A stretch of DNA of 37,839 nucleotides from Gemmatimonadales bacterium. GTDB lineage: Bacteria > Gemmatimonadota > Gemmatimonadetes > Gemmatimonadales > GWC2-71-9. The position numbers and the translations under genes are program-made. Numbering within the stretch: position 1 is the stretch's first letter; each line of letters opens with the position of its first letter. Below, in pieces: positions 10,368 to 18,936 of the stretch. Under the pieces are notes generated by a model. The model was not told the DNA's origin, ran no database searches, and saw nothing but the letters and a program-made list of their open reading frames with translations. The DNA is taken from assembly GCA_039794085.1 (NCBI GenBank), contig JBDIWC010000040.1, forward strand, positions 1 through 37,839, given 5' to 3'.

Positions 10368-11219
10368 ATGCCCGAACTCGGCCCTCTGCATCCCCAGGTG
10401 GTGCATTTCGTCGTGGCCCTTCTCCTCCTCGGCGTCTTTCTCCGCTGGATTTCTCTCACCGGCCACCTCCGGTGGACCGATTCCGCCGCCGCCTTCCTTC
10501 TGATTCTCGGAACGGTGGCCTCGGTGGTGGCCGTCAAGTCGGGCGACGATGCGCACGGTCCCGCGGAGCGCGTTCCCGGGGCACGGCAAGCCGTGGTGGA
10601 GCACGAGGAGTGGGGTGAGCGTACCCGCAATGTCTTTCTCGGGATAGCCCTCCTGGAGGTCGTGATCCTCGCCGCCGGTGTCTCCCGCGCGGGGCGGGTC
10701 CTGCGGGTGGTCTCGGCGGTGGCGGGTGCCGCGGGGGCCGTGGTGCTCTACGAGGCCGCCGAGCACGGGGGACAGCTCGTCTACGAGTACGCGGGCGGGG
10801 TGGGAACGAGAAAGGGGAATCCGGAGGACGTGGGGCGGCTCCTCGTGGCGGGGCTCTATCACCAAGCCCAGGCCGACCGGGCCGCGGGACGGTCGGATGA
10901 GGCCGCGCGGCTCTTCGAGGAGTTGGTGCGACGGATGCCGGGCGATCCGGGAGTGCGGCTTCTGGGGATCGAGTCCCTCCTGCGGGACCGGGATGATGCC
11001 GCCGCCGCCCGCGCCAGTCTCGCCTCTCTGAGTGTCCCGGAGGACAATGCCCGGGCCCGGATCCAGGCCGGTCTCCTGCTGGTCGATGCGTTCACCGCGC
11101 TGGGGCACGCTGATTCCGCACAGGGCACCATCGCGGAGTTGCAGCGGGAGTTCCCCACCAACGGCAGGGTACGGGCCCGGGCCACGGAGCTCGGGGTGGG
11201 GGGTGGGGAGGAGGAGTAG
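10368..11219 (+). CDS. DUF2231-like membrane protein with C-terminal TPR-like helical region
   Basis: LHPQVVHF, conserved HE, HGGQLVY motifs, four TM segments, helical C-terminus. Confidence 0.7.
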   Translation: MPELGPLHPQVVHFVVALLLLGVFLRWISLTGHLRWTDSAAAFLLILGTVASVVAVKSGDDAHGPAERVPGARQAVVEHEEWGERTRNVFLGIALLEVVILAAGVSRAGRVLRVVSAVAGAAGAVVLYEAAEHGGQLVYEYAGGVGTRKGNPEDVGRLLVAGLYHQAQADRAAGRSDEAARLFEELVRRMPGDPGVRLLGIESLLRDRDDAAAARASLASLSVPEDNARARIQAGLLLVDAFTALGHADSAQGTIAELQREFPTNGRVRARATELGVGGGEEE

Positions 11220-11345
11220 GGAGTGGGGAGTAGGGTGTTGAGTGTTAGGGATTGGGTGTTGGGGATTGGGTATTGGGAACTGGGTATTGGGAACTGGGTA
11301 TTGGGAACTGGGGGACCCCAACCCCCAACCCCCAACCCCCAACAC
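11213..11345. repeat. Bipartite heptamer locus B between the DUF2231 gene stop and the tRNA-Arg(CCG) 3' end
   Basis: About 14 in-phase units from the TAG stop (TAGGGAG ... TTGGGTA, TTGGGAA, CTGGGTA), then (CCCCAAC)x3-4. Confidence 0.9.
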
Positions 11346-11358
11346 CTGTTTCCTTCCA

Positions 11359-11432
11359 TGGGCCCGGCGCGATTCGAACGCGCGACCTCTTGCTCCGGAG
11401 GCAAGCGCTCTATCCAGCTGAGCTACGGGCCC
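11359..11432 (-). tRNA. tRNA-Arg (CCG)
   Basis: GGGCCCGTAGCTCAGCTGGATAGAGC...CT CCG GA...GTTCGAATC...CGGGCCCA cloverleaf. Confidence 0.95.
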
Positions 11433-11437
11433 GGCTT

Positions 11438-11576
11438 GCTGAGGACCTAGAACAGCTGAGGACCTAGAACATAGGACCCAGGACCTAGAATCCTAATCCC
11501 ATACCCACGTCCTACGTCCTATGTCCCACGTCTGTCCTATGTCCTATGTCCTACGTCCTATGTCCTATCCTCCCAA
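11438..11576. repeat. Bipartite inverted heptamer locus C in the tRNA-Pro/tRNA-Arg spacer
   Basis: AGGACCT/AGAACAT arm (with a 17-bp direct repeat, 11438-11471), then an ATGTCCT/ACGTCCT arm. Confidence 0.9.
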
Positions 11577-11593
11577 CTCCCGCTTCCTCCCCA

Positions 11594-11668
11594 TCGGGGC
11601 GCCGGGATTTGAACCCGGGACCTCCTGCTCCCGAAGCAGGCGCGCTAACCGGGCTGCGCTACGCCCCG
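11594..11668 (-). tRNA. tRNA-Pro (CGG)
   Basis: CGGGGCGTAGCGCAGCCCGGTTAGCGC...TT CGG GA...GGTTCAAATCC...CGCCCCGA. Confidence 0.95.
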
Positions 11669-11675
11669 TCTTTCC

Positions 11676-11886
11676 AGGACCTGGGACCTGGGACTTAGGA
11701 CCTAGGACCTAGAGGGACCAGGAACCCTTCGCCTTATTGTCCTACGTCCTATTGTCCCTATGTCCTATCTCCTATGTCCTATCTCCTATGTCCTATGTCC
11801 TATGTCCTATGTCCTCCGTCCCATGTCCTATGTCCTCCGTCCTATGTCCCATGTCCTATGTCCTCCGTCCTCTGTCCTCCGTCCCA
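11676..11886. repeat. Bipartite inverted heptamer locus D in the tRNA-Arg(ACG)/tRNA-Pro spacer
   Basis: (RGGACCT)x5, then about 20 ATGTCCT/CCGTCCT/ATCTCCT units abutting the tRNA discriminator base. Confidence 0.92.
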
Positions 11887-11960
11887 TGCGCCCTGAGGGA
11901 GTCGAACCCCCAACCTTCTGATCCGTAGTCAGATACTCTATCCAATTGAGCTAAGGGCGC
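11887..11960 (-). tRNA. tRNA-Arg (ACG)
   Basis: GCGCCCTTAGCTCAATTGGATAGAG...CT ACG GA...GGTTCGACTCC...AGGGCGCA. Confidence 0.95.
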
Positions 11961-11988
11961 TCGTCTGTTCGACACCCCCTGATGCCGA

Positions 11989-12062
<74 letters not shown>

Positions 12063-12074
12063 CCTGAAAGAACA

Positions 12075-12168
12075 CAGGACCCAGGACCCGGGGACTCGGG
12101 CCGTCCGGAACTTGAGTCCTGCGCAAGTCCCGGTGACGAAGTCCCAGGTGCTGAGTCCTTGGGTCCTG
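12075..12168. repeat. Short degenerate inverted heptamer locus E in the tRNA-fMet/tRNA-Val spacer
   Basis: CAGGACC CAGGACC CGGGGACTC, then GAGTCCT/AAGTCCC/GGGTCCT units. Confidence 0.7.
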
Positions 12169-12172
12169 GCAA

Positions 12173-12246
12173 TAGCGGGGGTGGGATTTGAACCCACGAC
12201 CTCCGGGTTATGAGCCCGGCGAGCTACCAGACTGCTCCACCCCGCG
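12173..12246 (-). tRNA. Initiator tRNA-fMet (CAT)
   Basis: CGCGGGGTGGAGCAG...; C1:U72 mismatch; three G-C pairs closing the anticodon stem around CAT. Confidence 0.95.
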
Positions 12247-12286
12247 CCGATGCTGCTGTCCTGTGGGCCGCCGAGCGGCTCCCGAG

Positions 12287-12359
12287 AGCGGGAAACGGGA
12301 CTCGAACCCGCGACCCCAACCTTGGCAAGGTTGTGCTCTACCAACTGAGCTATTCCCGC
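12287..12359 (-). tRNA. tRNA-Gly (GCC)
   Basis: GCGGGAATAGCTCAGTTGGTAGAGC...TT GCC AA...GGTTCGAGTCC...TTCCCGCT. Confidence 0.95.
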
Positions 12360-12449
12360 ATTCCTCGAACGGGCTCCCATCTTAGCGCCCTTTGCCGTCC
12401 TTCGCAACGGGCTCCCGCGGGCCGGCTTGCCCCCGGATCCTTCCCTTCA

Positions 12450-12522
12450 TGGAGGCGAGGGGAATCGAACCCCTGACCTCGTGAATGCCATTCACGCGCT
12501 CTCCCAACTGAGCTACGCCCCC
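12450..12522 (-). tRNA. tRNA-Ala (GGC)
   Basis: GGGGGCGTAGCTCAG...AT GGC AT...CGCCTCCA; G3:U70 identity pair. Confidence 0.95.
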
Positions 12523-12559
12523 ATTACTTTGGCCTGCTTCCTGCCAAGCCAAGCAGTCC

Positions 12560-12589
12560 AAGCTAGCGGCCGGGGCCTGCGATTGTCAA
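12560..12589 (-). promoter_or_regulatory. Sigma70-type promoter of the tRNA cluster
   Basis: Minus strand TTGACA-18 bp-TAGCTT, 37 bp upstream of tRNA-Ala. Confidence 0.7.
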
Positions 12590-12647
12590 GCACGGCTCGC
12601 AATAAAAGGGACCGGCGCACAGCCGAGAAAGAGGGTACCTTCCACCC

Positions 12648-13586
12648 ATGGGTACGACGCTCCCTTCCGACGACGGTGTCGGGGTCACCCCGGCTCCCCG
12701 GTCACCCCGTTTCTCCCGGGCCAAGCGGATCACCGCCGCCTCCCTCGGCGTGTACGATGCCGATCGGGACATTCTCGATCGCTACCTCCACGAGGTGAGT
12801 CGCTCCCCCCTTCTGACCCCGGAGCAGGAAATCGCTCTGGCCCGGCGGGTGCAGGCGGGCGATGAGGAGGCGATGCAGGAACTCGTCACCCGCAACCTTC
12901 GGTTCGTCATCTCCGTGGCCAAGAAGTATCAGAACCGGGGGCTCGTTCTTCTCGACCTGATCGGCGAGGGAAACCTCGGGCTCATGATCGCGGCCAAGAA
13001 GTTCGACCCCGACCACGGGGTCAAGTTCATTTCCTACGCCGTCTGGTGGATCCGGCAGTCCATTCTCGCCTCCATCGCGCGCCAGGGGCGCACCGTGCGC
13101 ATTCCCCTCAACCGGACCGCCGATCTTTCCCGGATCCTCAAGGCCTCGGAGGCGCTCCGGCAGGAGTTGCAACGGGAACCGACCCCCGAGGAGATCAGTA
13201 CCCGGGTGAACCTCGCGGTCGATGTGGTCCGGGCGCTCGCGGCCCTCAACACCGCCGAGGTGCGGCTCGATGCACCCTTGGACCTCGAGGGCGATCAGGC
13301 TCTGGTGGATCGCTTCGCCGCCGGGGAGTTTGGCGCCTCGGAGGACGAGGCCTACGAGCGGTTCCTGGCCGATGAAATCGCCGCGGCTCTCGCCACGCTT
13401 CCCCCGCGGGATGCCAAGGTGCTCCGCCTTTATTTTGGTCTGGATGGCGGCAGGGAGCACACCCTGGAGGAGATCGGAGCGCTGTTCGGAGTGACCCGCG
13501 AACGAGTGCGGCAGCTCCGGGACCGGGCCCTCAAGCGATTGCGCGAGGGGGAGGCGGGCCAGGCCTTGGCCACCTTCGCCGCCTGA
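12648..13586 (+). CDS. RNA polymerase sigma factor, RpoD/SigA family (regions 1.2-4, no region 1.1)
   Basis: DRYLHEV...LLTPEQE, NLRFVISVAKKY, DLIGEGNLGL, KFISYAVWWIRQ, TLEEIG...TRERVRQ. Confidence 0.93.
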   Translation: MGTTLPSDDGVGVTPAPRSPRFSRAKRITAASLGVYDADRDILDRYLHEVSRSPLLTPEQEIALARRVQAGDEEAMQELVTRNLRFVISVAKKYQNRGLVLLDLIGEGNLGLMIAAKKFDPDHGVKFISYAVWWIRQSILASIARQGRTVRIPLNRTADLSRILKASEALRQELQREPTPEEISTRVNLAVDVVRALAALNTAEVRLDAPLDLEGDQALVDRFAAGEFGASEDEAYERFLADEIAAALATLPPRDAKVLRLYFGLDGGREHTLEEIGALFGVTRERVRQLRDRALKRLREGEAGQALATFAA

Positions 13587-13604
13587 GTCGATCGTCCGCC
13601 GCGC

Positions 13605-13633
13605 TTTACACGGTGGGTCGGCATTCCTAGCTT
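13605..13633 (+). promoter_or_regulatory. Promoter of the mlaEFD operon, probably leaderless
   Basis: TTTACA-17 bp-TAGCTT ending 7 nt before GTG 13641; no SD. Confidence 0.6.
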
Positions 13634-13640
13634 CCTCCCT

Positions 13641-14402
13641 GTGACTGACACACTGGTACATCGGGGGTCACCTCCGGTGGTGTTCGTCACCCGGTTCGGC
13701 CGGGTGGCGATGGACGCGAGCCGGGCCCTGGCGGACGTGGGGACCTGGGCTCCGCTCCTGCTCTCGCACATGCGGCGGCTGGGAGTCGATTCCATCCCCA
13801 TCGGGATCTTCCTCGCGGTGTTCACCGGCATCGTGCTGGCCCTCCTTTCCTCCTACATCTTCACCGGCGCGGTCCCCCTCTATTTCGTCGGCGCCCTCGT
13901 GGCGAAGACGGTGATGATGGAGCTGGGACCGGTGCTCACCGGCATGGCCCTGGCCGGCCGGGTCGGAGCCAACATCGCCGCGGAACTTGGCACCATGCGG
14001 GTCACGGAACAGGTGGATGCCCTGGAAACGTTGGCCTACGACCCCTATGCCTACCTGGTGGTTCCGCGGGTGCTGGCCGCCACGCTGATGTTCCCGGTCG
14101 TCACCGCCATGGCCATGGCGGTGGGGGTCACGGCGGGATGGATCACGGCGGTGAACCTGCTCGAGCTGTCCACCCCCGAGTTCTTCAAGGGGGCCAAACT
14201 GTTCTATCAGTTCAAGGACATCTGGTTCGGCTTGGTGAAGAGCGCCAGTTTCGGCGCGGCCGTCGCCATCATGGGCGCGATGATGGGGCTCCGGACCGCC
14301 GGGGGGGCCCAGGGAGTGGGCCGGTCCGCCACCCGTGCCGTGGTGCTCGGCTGCGAGGCGATTCTCGTGCTGGATGCCTTCTGGGCCCTGGTGCTCCTGT
14401 GA
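13641..14402 (+). CDS. mlaE: MlaE family ABC permease
   Basis: ELGPVLTG, AGRVGANIAAELGTMRVTEQVDALE, YLVVPR, GAQGVGRSAT. Confidence 0.92.
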   Translation: MTDTLVHRGSPPVVFVTRFGRVAMDASRALADVGTWAPLLLSHMRRLGVDSIPIGIFLAVFTGIVLALLSSYIFTGAVPLYFVGALVAKTVMMELGPVLTGMALAGRVGANIAAELGTMRVTEQVDALETLAYDPYAYLVVPRVLAATLMFPVVTAMAMAVGVTAGWITAVNLLELSTPEFFKGAKLFYQFKDIWFGLVKSASFGAAVAIMGAMMGLRTAGGAQGVGRSATRAVVLGCEAILVLDAFWALVLL

Positions 14403-15157
14403 TTGTGTTCGAGGATGTGCACAAGGCGTTTGGGGACCACGAGGTGCTGCGCGGGTTCACCCTCGAGGTTCCCGAAGGGGAGACGACCGTCATCATCGGC
14501 GGGAGTGGATCGGGGAAGAGCGTGGCGCTGAAACACATCGTGGGGCTCCTGACGCCGGACCGGGGACGGGTGCTGGTGGACGGACACGACGTGGCGACCC
14601 TGGACCGGGAGGAACTCGCGGCGCTGCGCTCCGGAATCGGGTATGTCTTCCAGTTCGCCGCTCTTTTCGACTCGATGACCGTGGCCGACAACATCCGGCT
14701 GGGGCTGGCGCGGAGGGGTCTCTCCCCGGAGGAGAGGGAGGCCCGGGTGGGACAGAGTCTCGCTCTGGTCGAGCTCGCGGGGCTCGAGGAGAAGTTCCCG
14801 TCGGAGCTGAGTGGCGGGATGCGGAAGCGAGTCGGGATTGCCCGGGCGATTGCCCTCCGGCCCCGCTACATTCTGTACGATGAACCGACCACCGGACTCG
14901 ATCCGGTCACCAGCGCCATGATGGATGAACTCATGATCCGGGCCCGTCAGGATGCCGGAGTCACGAGCGTGGTCGTGACCCACGACATGCGCAGTGCCTA
15001 TGCGGTGGGGGACCGGATCGCCATGTTGCATGAGGGTCGGGTGCGATTGGCTGGCTCCGTGGCGGAGGTGAGGGAGACCTCCGACCCCGTGGCGCGGAAC
15101 TTCATCGAGGGACGGGTACCGGGGCGCACGCCTCTTTCGCCGGTGGAGGGCCTGTGA
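14399..15157 (+). CDS. mlaF: MlaF family ABC ATPase
   Basis: GTGA overlap; GGSGSGKS, FQFAALFDS, LSGGMRKR, YDEPTTGLDP, VTHD. Confidence 0.92.
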   Translation: MIVFEDVHKAFGDHEVLRGFTLEVPEGETTVIIGGSGSGKSVALKHIVGLLTPDRGRVLVDGHDVATLDREELAALRSGIGYVFQFAALFDSMTVADNIRLGLARRGLSPEEREARVGQSLALVELAGLEEKFPSELSGGMRKRVGIARAIALRPRYILYDEPTTGLDPVTSAMMDELMIRARQDAGVTSVVVTHDMRSAYAVGDRIAMLHEGRVRLAGSVAEVRETSDPVARNFIEGRVPGRTPLSPVEGL

Positions 15158-16161
15158 AACGTCAAAACGAATTCGCGGTCGGACTGTCGGTGCTGGCGGC
15201 GGTCGTGCTGGTCGTGGCCGGGGCGATCTGGCTCAGCGAGACGCGGATGGGCGCGAATGAACTAGTGCATGTGGCCCGGTTCCGGACCGTCGGGGGCCTC
15301 GGCGTGGGAGCCCCCGTGGCCCTCCGGGGGGTCAAGGTCGGGAGGGTGGAAGCCATTCGCCTCGCCGATGGCGACTGGGTGGAGGCGGATCTGCGGGTGG
15401 ACCTGGGAGTCGAGCTGCCGGTCCAGCCGGCGGTGATCGCCGCCTCGGCCAGCCTCTTCGGGGAGTGGCGCGCCCTGATCGTCCCCCTTGAAACGGCGTC
15501 CGACGACCCTGGCGTCCGGGCCGCGCTGGCGGCGGCGGCCGCGGCCGGCGATGACCGCTGGCCCGGGGTGACCCTCCCCGACGTGGGGCAGCTGACGGCC
15601 GAGGCGAGCCGGATCGCCAGTGACGTCGGACTCATCACGGCCCGGGTCGGCGGCGCCTTCGATTCCACCGCGGTGGCCAATGTGCGGGGAAGCCTGGAGG
15701 CCCTGCGCACCGCCGCCGACCGGCTGGCGGAGTTCGCCACCCGGCAGAATGCGAACCTGAACCGGATCACCGACAACGTCGCGGGATCCTCGGATGTCCT
15801 GGCCGGGGCCGCGACCCATCTCGACGCCACCCTGGGGCGCGCCGACTCGGCCACCGCCGACGGCCAGTTGACGGACATCATGAACAGCGCCCGGACCACG
15901 GGTCGCAATGTCAGTGTGGCGACCGAGGACCTGAAGGAGCTCACCGGCACGATGCGCCGCAACCAGGAGAGCATCGTGCGCATACTCCAGGGACTTGATT
16001 CGCTGATGAGTCGGATGGAACGCGGCGAGGGCACTCTCAACCTGCTGGCCACCGATTCCACGCTCTATCGGGAAACCACCCGCACCATCGTGCAACTTCG
16101 GGGGCTGATGTCGGACATTCAGGCCAATCCGAGGAAATATTTCAAGTTTTCGGTGTTCTGA
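15154..16161 (+). CDS. mlaD: MlaD/MCE family protein with helical C-terminal extension
   Basis: N-terminal TM, GLGVGAPVALRGVKVGRV, C-terminal DIQANPRKYFKFSVF. Confidence 0.88.
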   Translation: MKRQNEFAVGLSVLAAVVLVVAGAIWLSETRMGANELVHVARFRTVGGLGVGAPVALRGVKVGRVEAIRLADGDWVEADLRVDLGVELPVQPAVIAASASLFGEWRALIVPLETASDDPGVRAALAAAAAAGDDRWPGVTLPDVGQLTAEASRIASDVGLITARVGGAFDSTAVANVRGSLEALRTAADRLAEFATRQNANLNRITDNVAGSSDVLAGAATHLDATLGRADSATADGQLTDIMNSARTTGRNVSVATEDLKELTGTMRRNQESIVRILQGLDSLMSRMERGEGTLNLLATDSTLYRETTRTIVQLRGLMSDIQANPRKYFKFSVF

Positions 16162-16667
16162 TGAGCGGGTCTTCCAAGCAACGCCCCGAACAGGAGGTCA
16201 GCGCCGGAGGTGTGGTCTTCCGGAAATGCGCAGAACGGGGACTGCGCTACCTTCTCATTCGCGACTCCTATGGCCACTGGGGATTTCCCAAGGGGCATCT
16301 GGAGGACGGGGAGACCCCGAGCGAAGCGGCCCTCCGGGAAACGGGGGAGGAGACCGGGTTGGAGTGTCTGACCCTCCACGGTCCCATCCGGGTGATCGAC
16401 TGGCATTTCCGGTTCCGGGGCCGGTTCATCCACAAATACTGCCATTTCTTTCTGTTCGAGTCCCCCGAGGGGGAGGCCTGCCCCCAGCGGGCCGAGGGCA
16501 TCACCGTCTGTCGCTGGTCCTCCCTGGAGGAGGCGATGGGCGACGTGAGCTACGAAAATGCGCGGGGAGTCCTCACCCGGGCCGGGGAGATGGTGCAGAC
16601 GTTGTATGCGGTCGGCGAGGGGCGTCCCCGGCGGCGGCCCCAGCCGCCGGTCGTTCCCCCCGCCTGA
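16161..16667 (+). CDS. NUDIX hydrolase (Ap4A hydrolase-like)
   Basis: SAGGVV and Nudix box WGFPKGHLEDGETPSEAALRETGEETG. Confidence 0.88.
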   Translation: MSGSSKQRPEQEVSAGGVVFRKCAERGLRYLLIRDSYGHWGFPKGHLEDGETPSEAALRETGEETGLECLTLHGPIRVIDWHFRFRGRFIHKYCHFFLFESPEGEACPQRAEGITVCRWSSLEEAMGDVSYENARGVLTRAGEMVQTLYAVGEGRPRRRPQPPVVPPA

Positions 16668-16669
16668 CC

Positions 16670-17437
16670 GTGGCTGTGGTCGCCGCTCTGCTCGACGGGC
16701 CCTCCGCCCTCCAGGCGTTGCGACGCGGACGCACGCGAGGGTCGCACGGGGGTGGGGGGAGTGTGGTGTCATGCCGGAGCGTGCGGGGCCTCATCCGGGT
16801 GATCGAGGACCGGGTGACGGATGCGGTGGTGGTGGGCCTGCGGGCCACCCAGCTCCTCGATCTCGACCCGCTCCTGTCACGATTCCCCGCCATTCCCCTC
16901 CTCCTGTATGGTGCCGTGCGCCCCGACCACGCCTCCGCGCTTCTCGCCCTGTGCCAAGTGGGAGTGGCTGGTGTCCTGGTCGAGGGAGTGGATGACACCG
17001 CGGTGGGGGCTCTGGTTCACCGACACTCCCTGGCCGGGGAGCGGGAACGGGCCCTGGCCGATGCCCCCCGGCGGCTCGGATTCACCGAGCCCCTCCAGCA
17101 CGAGGTCTGGACCCGCCTGGTGCGGGACGCCCACCAGCCGGTCCGCACCGCCGATCTGGCGGTGACGATGGCCCTGAGCCGAGAATACCTCTCGCGTCAG
17201 TTTGCCGCAGGTGGAGCTCCCACCCTCAAGCGCACGATGGATCTCGTCCGGGTCGCCACAGCCGCACAGCTGCTGCGCAACCCCGGCTACACGGTGGCCC
17301 GCGTGGCTCGCCTGCTCCAGTGCGCCTCGCCGAGCCACCTCGGCGCCATGGCGCGGCGGATCACGGGGGGAGGGAGCACCGACCTCGGAGCGCTCGGGCC
17401 GGCGGGGGTTCTCGATCGGTTTGTGGGGAGGCGGTAA
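16670..17437 (+). CDS. AraC-family HTH regulator with degenerate receiver-like N-terminal domain
   Basis: GTG 16670; LAVTMALSREYLSRQF and TVARVARLLQCASPSHL double HTH. Confidence 0.7.
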   Translation: MAVVAALLDGPSALQALRRGRTRGSHGGGGSVVSCRSVRGLIRVIEDRVTDAVVVGLRATQLLDLDPLLSRFPAIPLLLYGAVRPDHASALLALCQVGVAGVLVEGVDDTAVGALVHRHSLAGERERALADAPRRLGFTEPLQHEVWTRLVRDAHQPVRTADLAVTMALSREYLSRQFAAGGAPTLKRTMDLVRVATAAQLLRNPGYTVARVARLLQCASPSHLGAMARRITGGGSTDLGALGPAGVLDRFVGRR

Positions 17438-17509
17438 GGCGACGGTAGGCGGTAGGCGGTAGGCGGTAGGGAGTAGGGTTCATTGTTCATTGTTCATTGT
17501 TCATTGTTC
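17429..17509. repeat. Bipartite heptamer locus F between two convergent stops
   Basis: (TAGGCGG)x3 TAGGGAG TAGGGTT joined in phase to (CATTGTT)x4. Confidence 0.9.
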
Positions 17510-18916
17510 TTACCGCCGCAGGACGATGATCCCCTGGAGGATGACGGTCGCCGATCCCGCGGCCATGAGCACGGCGCCGACGCGCGCCATATCCTGATCT
17601 CCCCGGAGCACTCCCAGCGCCAGCACGAGAACCCCGGGACCCGACAGGGCGAGGGAGAGCCACGCCACGCCGGCATGGGGTGTGAAAGCGGCGCGGGACA
17701 CGGCGACGCCCGTCGCGGCCCGGCGGGCCCGGCGCAGGGTCAGGAGGCGGGGCCCCACATGATGCATCACGCCGAGGATCAGCAGGCCGATCCACCCGGC
17801 GAGTCCGAGTATCACCTGAGCGATCCAGAGGGTGGGCTCCCGGGTGGGTAGGAGCAGGAGTCGTGCTCCGAGGGCGAGGGTCAGGGTCAGGCAGATCAGC
17901 GCCGCGAGCACGAAACCGAGGCCTCCGGTGAGGGGGCGGGCACGGGAGAGGAACACTCGTGACAGGAGGACCACGAAGAGAGCGACCGATCCGAGGAGGA
18001 CAGCGCCGCCCGCCCGGGTGAGGAGAGGAGTACCGGTGAGGGCACCCGCCGTGAGCAGGAGAAGGCCGAGAGTGGCACCCCAGGCGATCCCGGAGGGAAA
18101 GGGTCCGCGAACTCTCGATTCCAGGAAGGCGGGGAGCATCGCACCGGTGACCCCGATGGCGGTCACCGTTCCGAACCCGGCGATGCCGAGATGCAGGTGA
18201 GCCATCAGCACCGCGTCCCGCGACGTGTGCCACCATCCCAGTCCGTCTCCGATACGGACCAGGCCCAGGATCAGGGCGACCCCGAGCGCCGCATGCCCCA
18301 ACAGCACCGCCGTGGCGATCGGGTGATTCCGGACGGCCCGGGCCCGGGCGGGAAGCGTGTTCCACGACGCGGCCACGATGCCGGGGAAGAGGAGCATCCA
18401 GCCCGCCGCCTGCAGGACCGGCCTCCGGACGACGAACCCCGCAACCAGCAGGATCGTGCCCAGCTGGACCAGCGCGAATCCAGCGAGGGCGGCCGTCACG
18501 CTCCGGGGAGGCACCCCCGTGACGGCCGGAATGAACTGGTGGGCTGCACCGAACACAGCCGACCCGAGCACGCCGAGCGACAGGGCGTGCACCACGGCCA
18601 CCGTGGCCGGGAGGACGCTCAGTCCGAGGGCCAGGTCGGGGGCGAGCCGGACGAGACCCACCGTGGCGAGGAGGTGCCAGATCAGCGCCGCGGCGAAGTA
18701 CCCGAGCACGAGCCCGGGCACCGGCTCACGCTCGACGCCATGCTGGGGGAGTTCGGGGCGTCGCGGGGGAGGAAGGGGGTGTTGGGTGTTGGGTGTTGGG
18801 TGTTGGGTGTTGGGTGTTGGGGATTGGGTGTTGGGTATTGGGTGCTGGGTGTTGGGTGTTGGAGGTTGGACGTCGGGTCTTGAGTGCTGGGGACGGGGGG
18901 GCTGGTCGTTGCTCAT
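17510..18916 (-). CDS. Multi-pass membrane protein with conserved His motifs (heme-copper oxidase subunit I/NnrS-like); start uncertain (ATG 18916 or GTG near 18722)
   Basis: About 12 TM segments; three related segments VHALSLG..GAAHQFIP, HLHLGIAG..GVTGAMLP, GLAGW..GVMHHVGP. Confidence 0.65.
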   Translation of the reverse strand: MSNDQPPRPQHSRPDVQPPTPNTQHPIPNTQSPTPNTQHPTPNTQHPLPPPRRPELPQHGVEREPVPGLVLGYFAAALIWHLLATVGLVRLAPDLALGLSVLPATVAVVHALSLGVLGSAVFGAAHQFIPAVTGVPPRSVTAALAGFALVQLGTILLVAGFVVRRPVLQAAGWMLLFPGIVAASWNTLPARARAVRNHPIATAVLLGHAALGVALILGLVRIGDGLGWWHTSRDAVLMAHLHLGIAGFGTVTAIGVTGAMLPAFLESRVRGPFPSGIAWGATLGLLLLTAGALTGTPLLTRAGGAVLLGSVALFVVLLSRVFLSRARPLTGGLGFVLAALICLTLTLALGARLLLLPTREPTLWIAQVILGLAGWIGLLILGVMHHVGPRLLTLRRARRAATGVAVSRAAFTPHAGVAWLSLALSGPGVLVLALGVLRGDQDMARVGAVLMAAGSATVILQGIIVLRR

Positions 18917-18936
18917 TGATCATTGCTCATTGTTCA
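18777..18936. repeat. Bipartite heptamer locus G
   Basis: About 16 GGGTGTT-type units (18777-18888), then TCATTGA/TCATTGC/TCATTGT units in phase with the CLC stop codon. Confidence 0.92.

Noticed and set aside
10368..11432. Genomic island integrated at tRNA-Arg(CCG)
   Set aside because: No integrase, no duplicated tRNA 3' end noticed, no evident compositional shift.
11223..11928. Short ORFs such as MSYVLCPMS... and [11 protein letters not shown]...
   Set aside because: They are translations of heptamer arrays and overlap tRNA genes on the opposite strand.
12369..12417. Direct repeat AACGGGCTCCC x2 in the tRNA-Ala/tRNA-Gly spacer
   Set aside because: Two copies only; no function can be supported.
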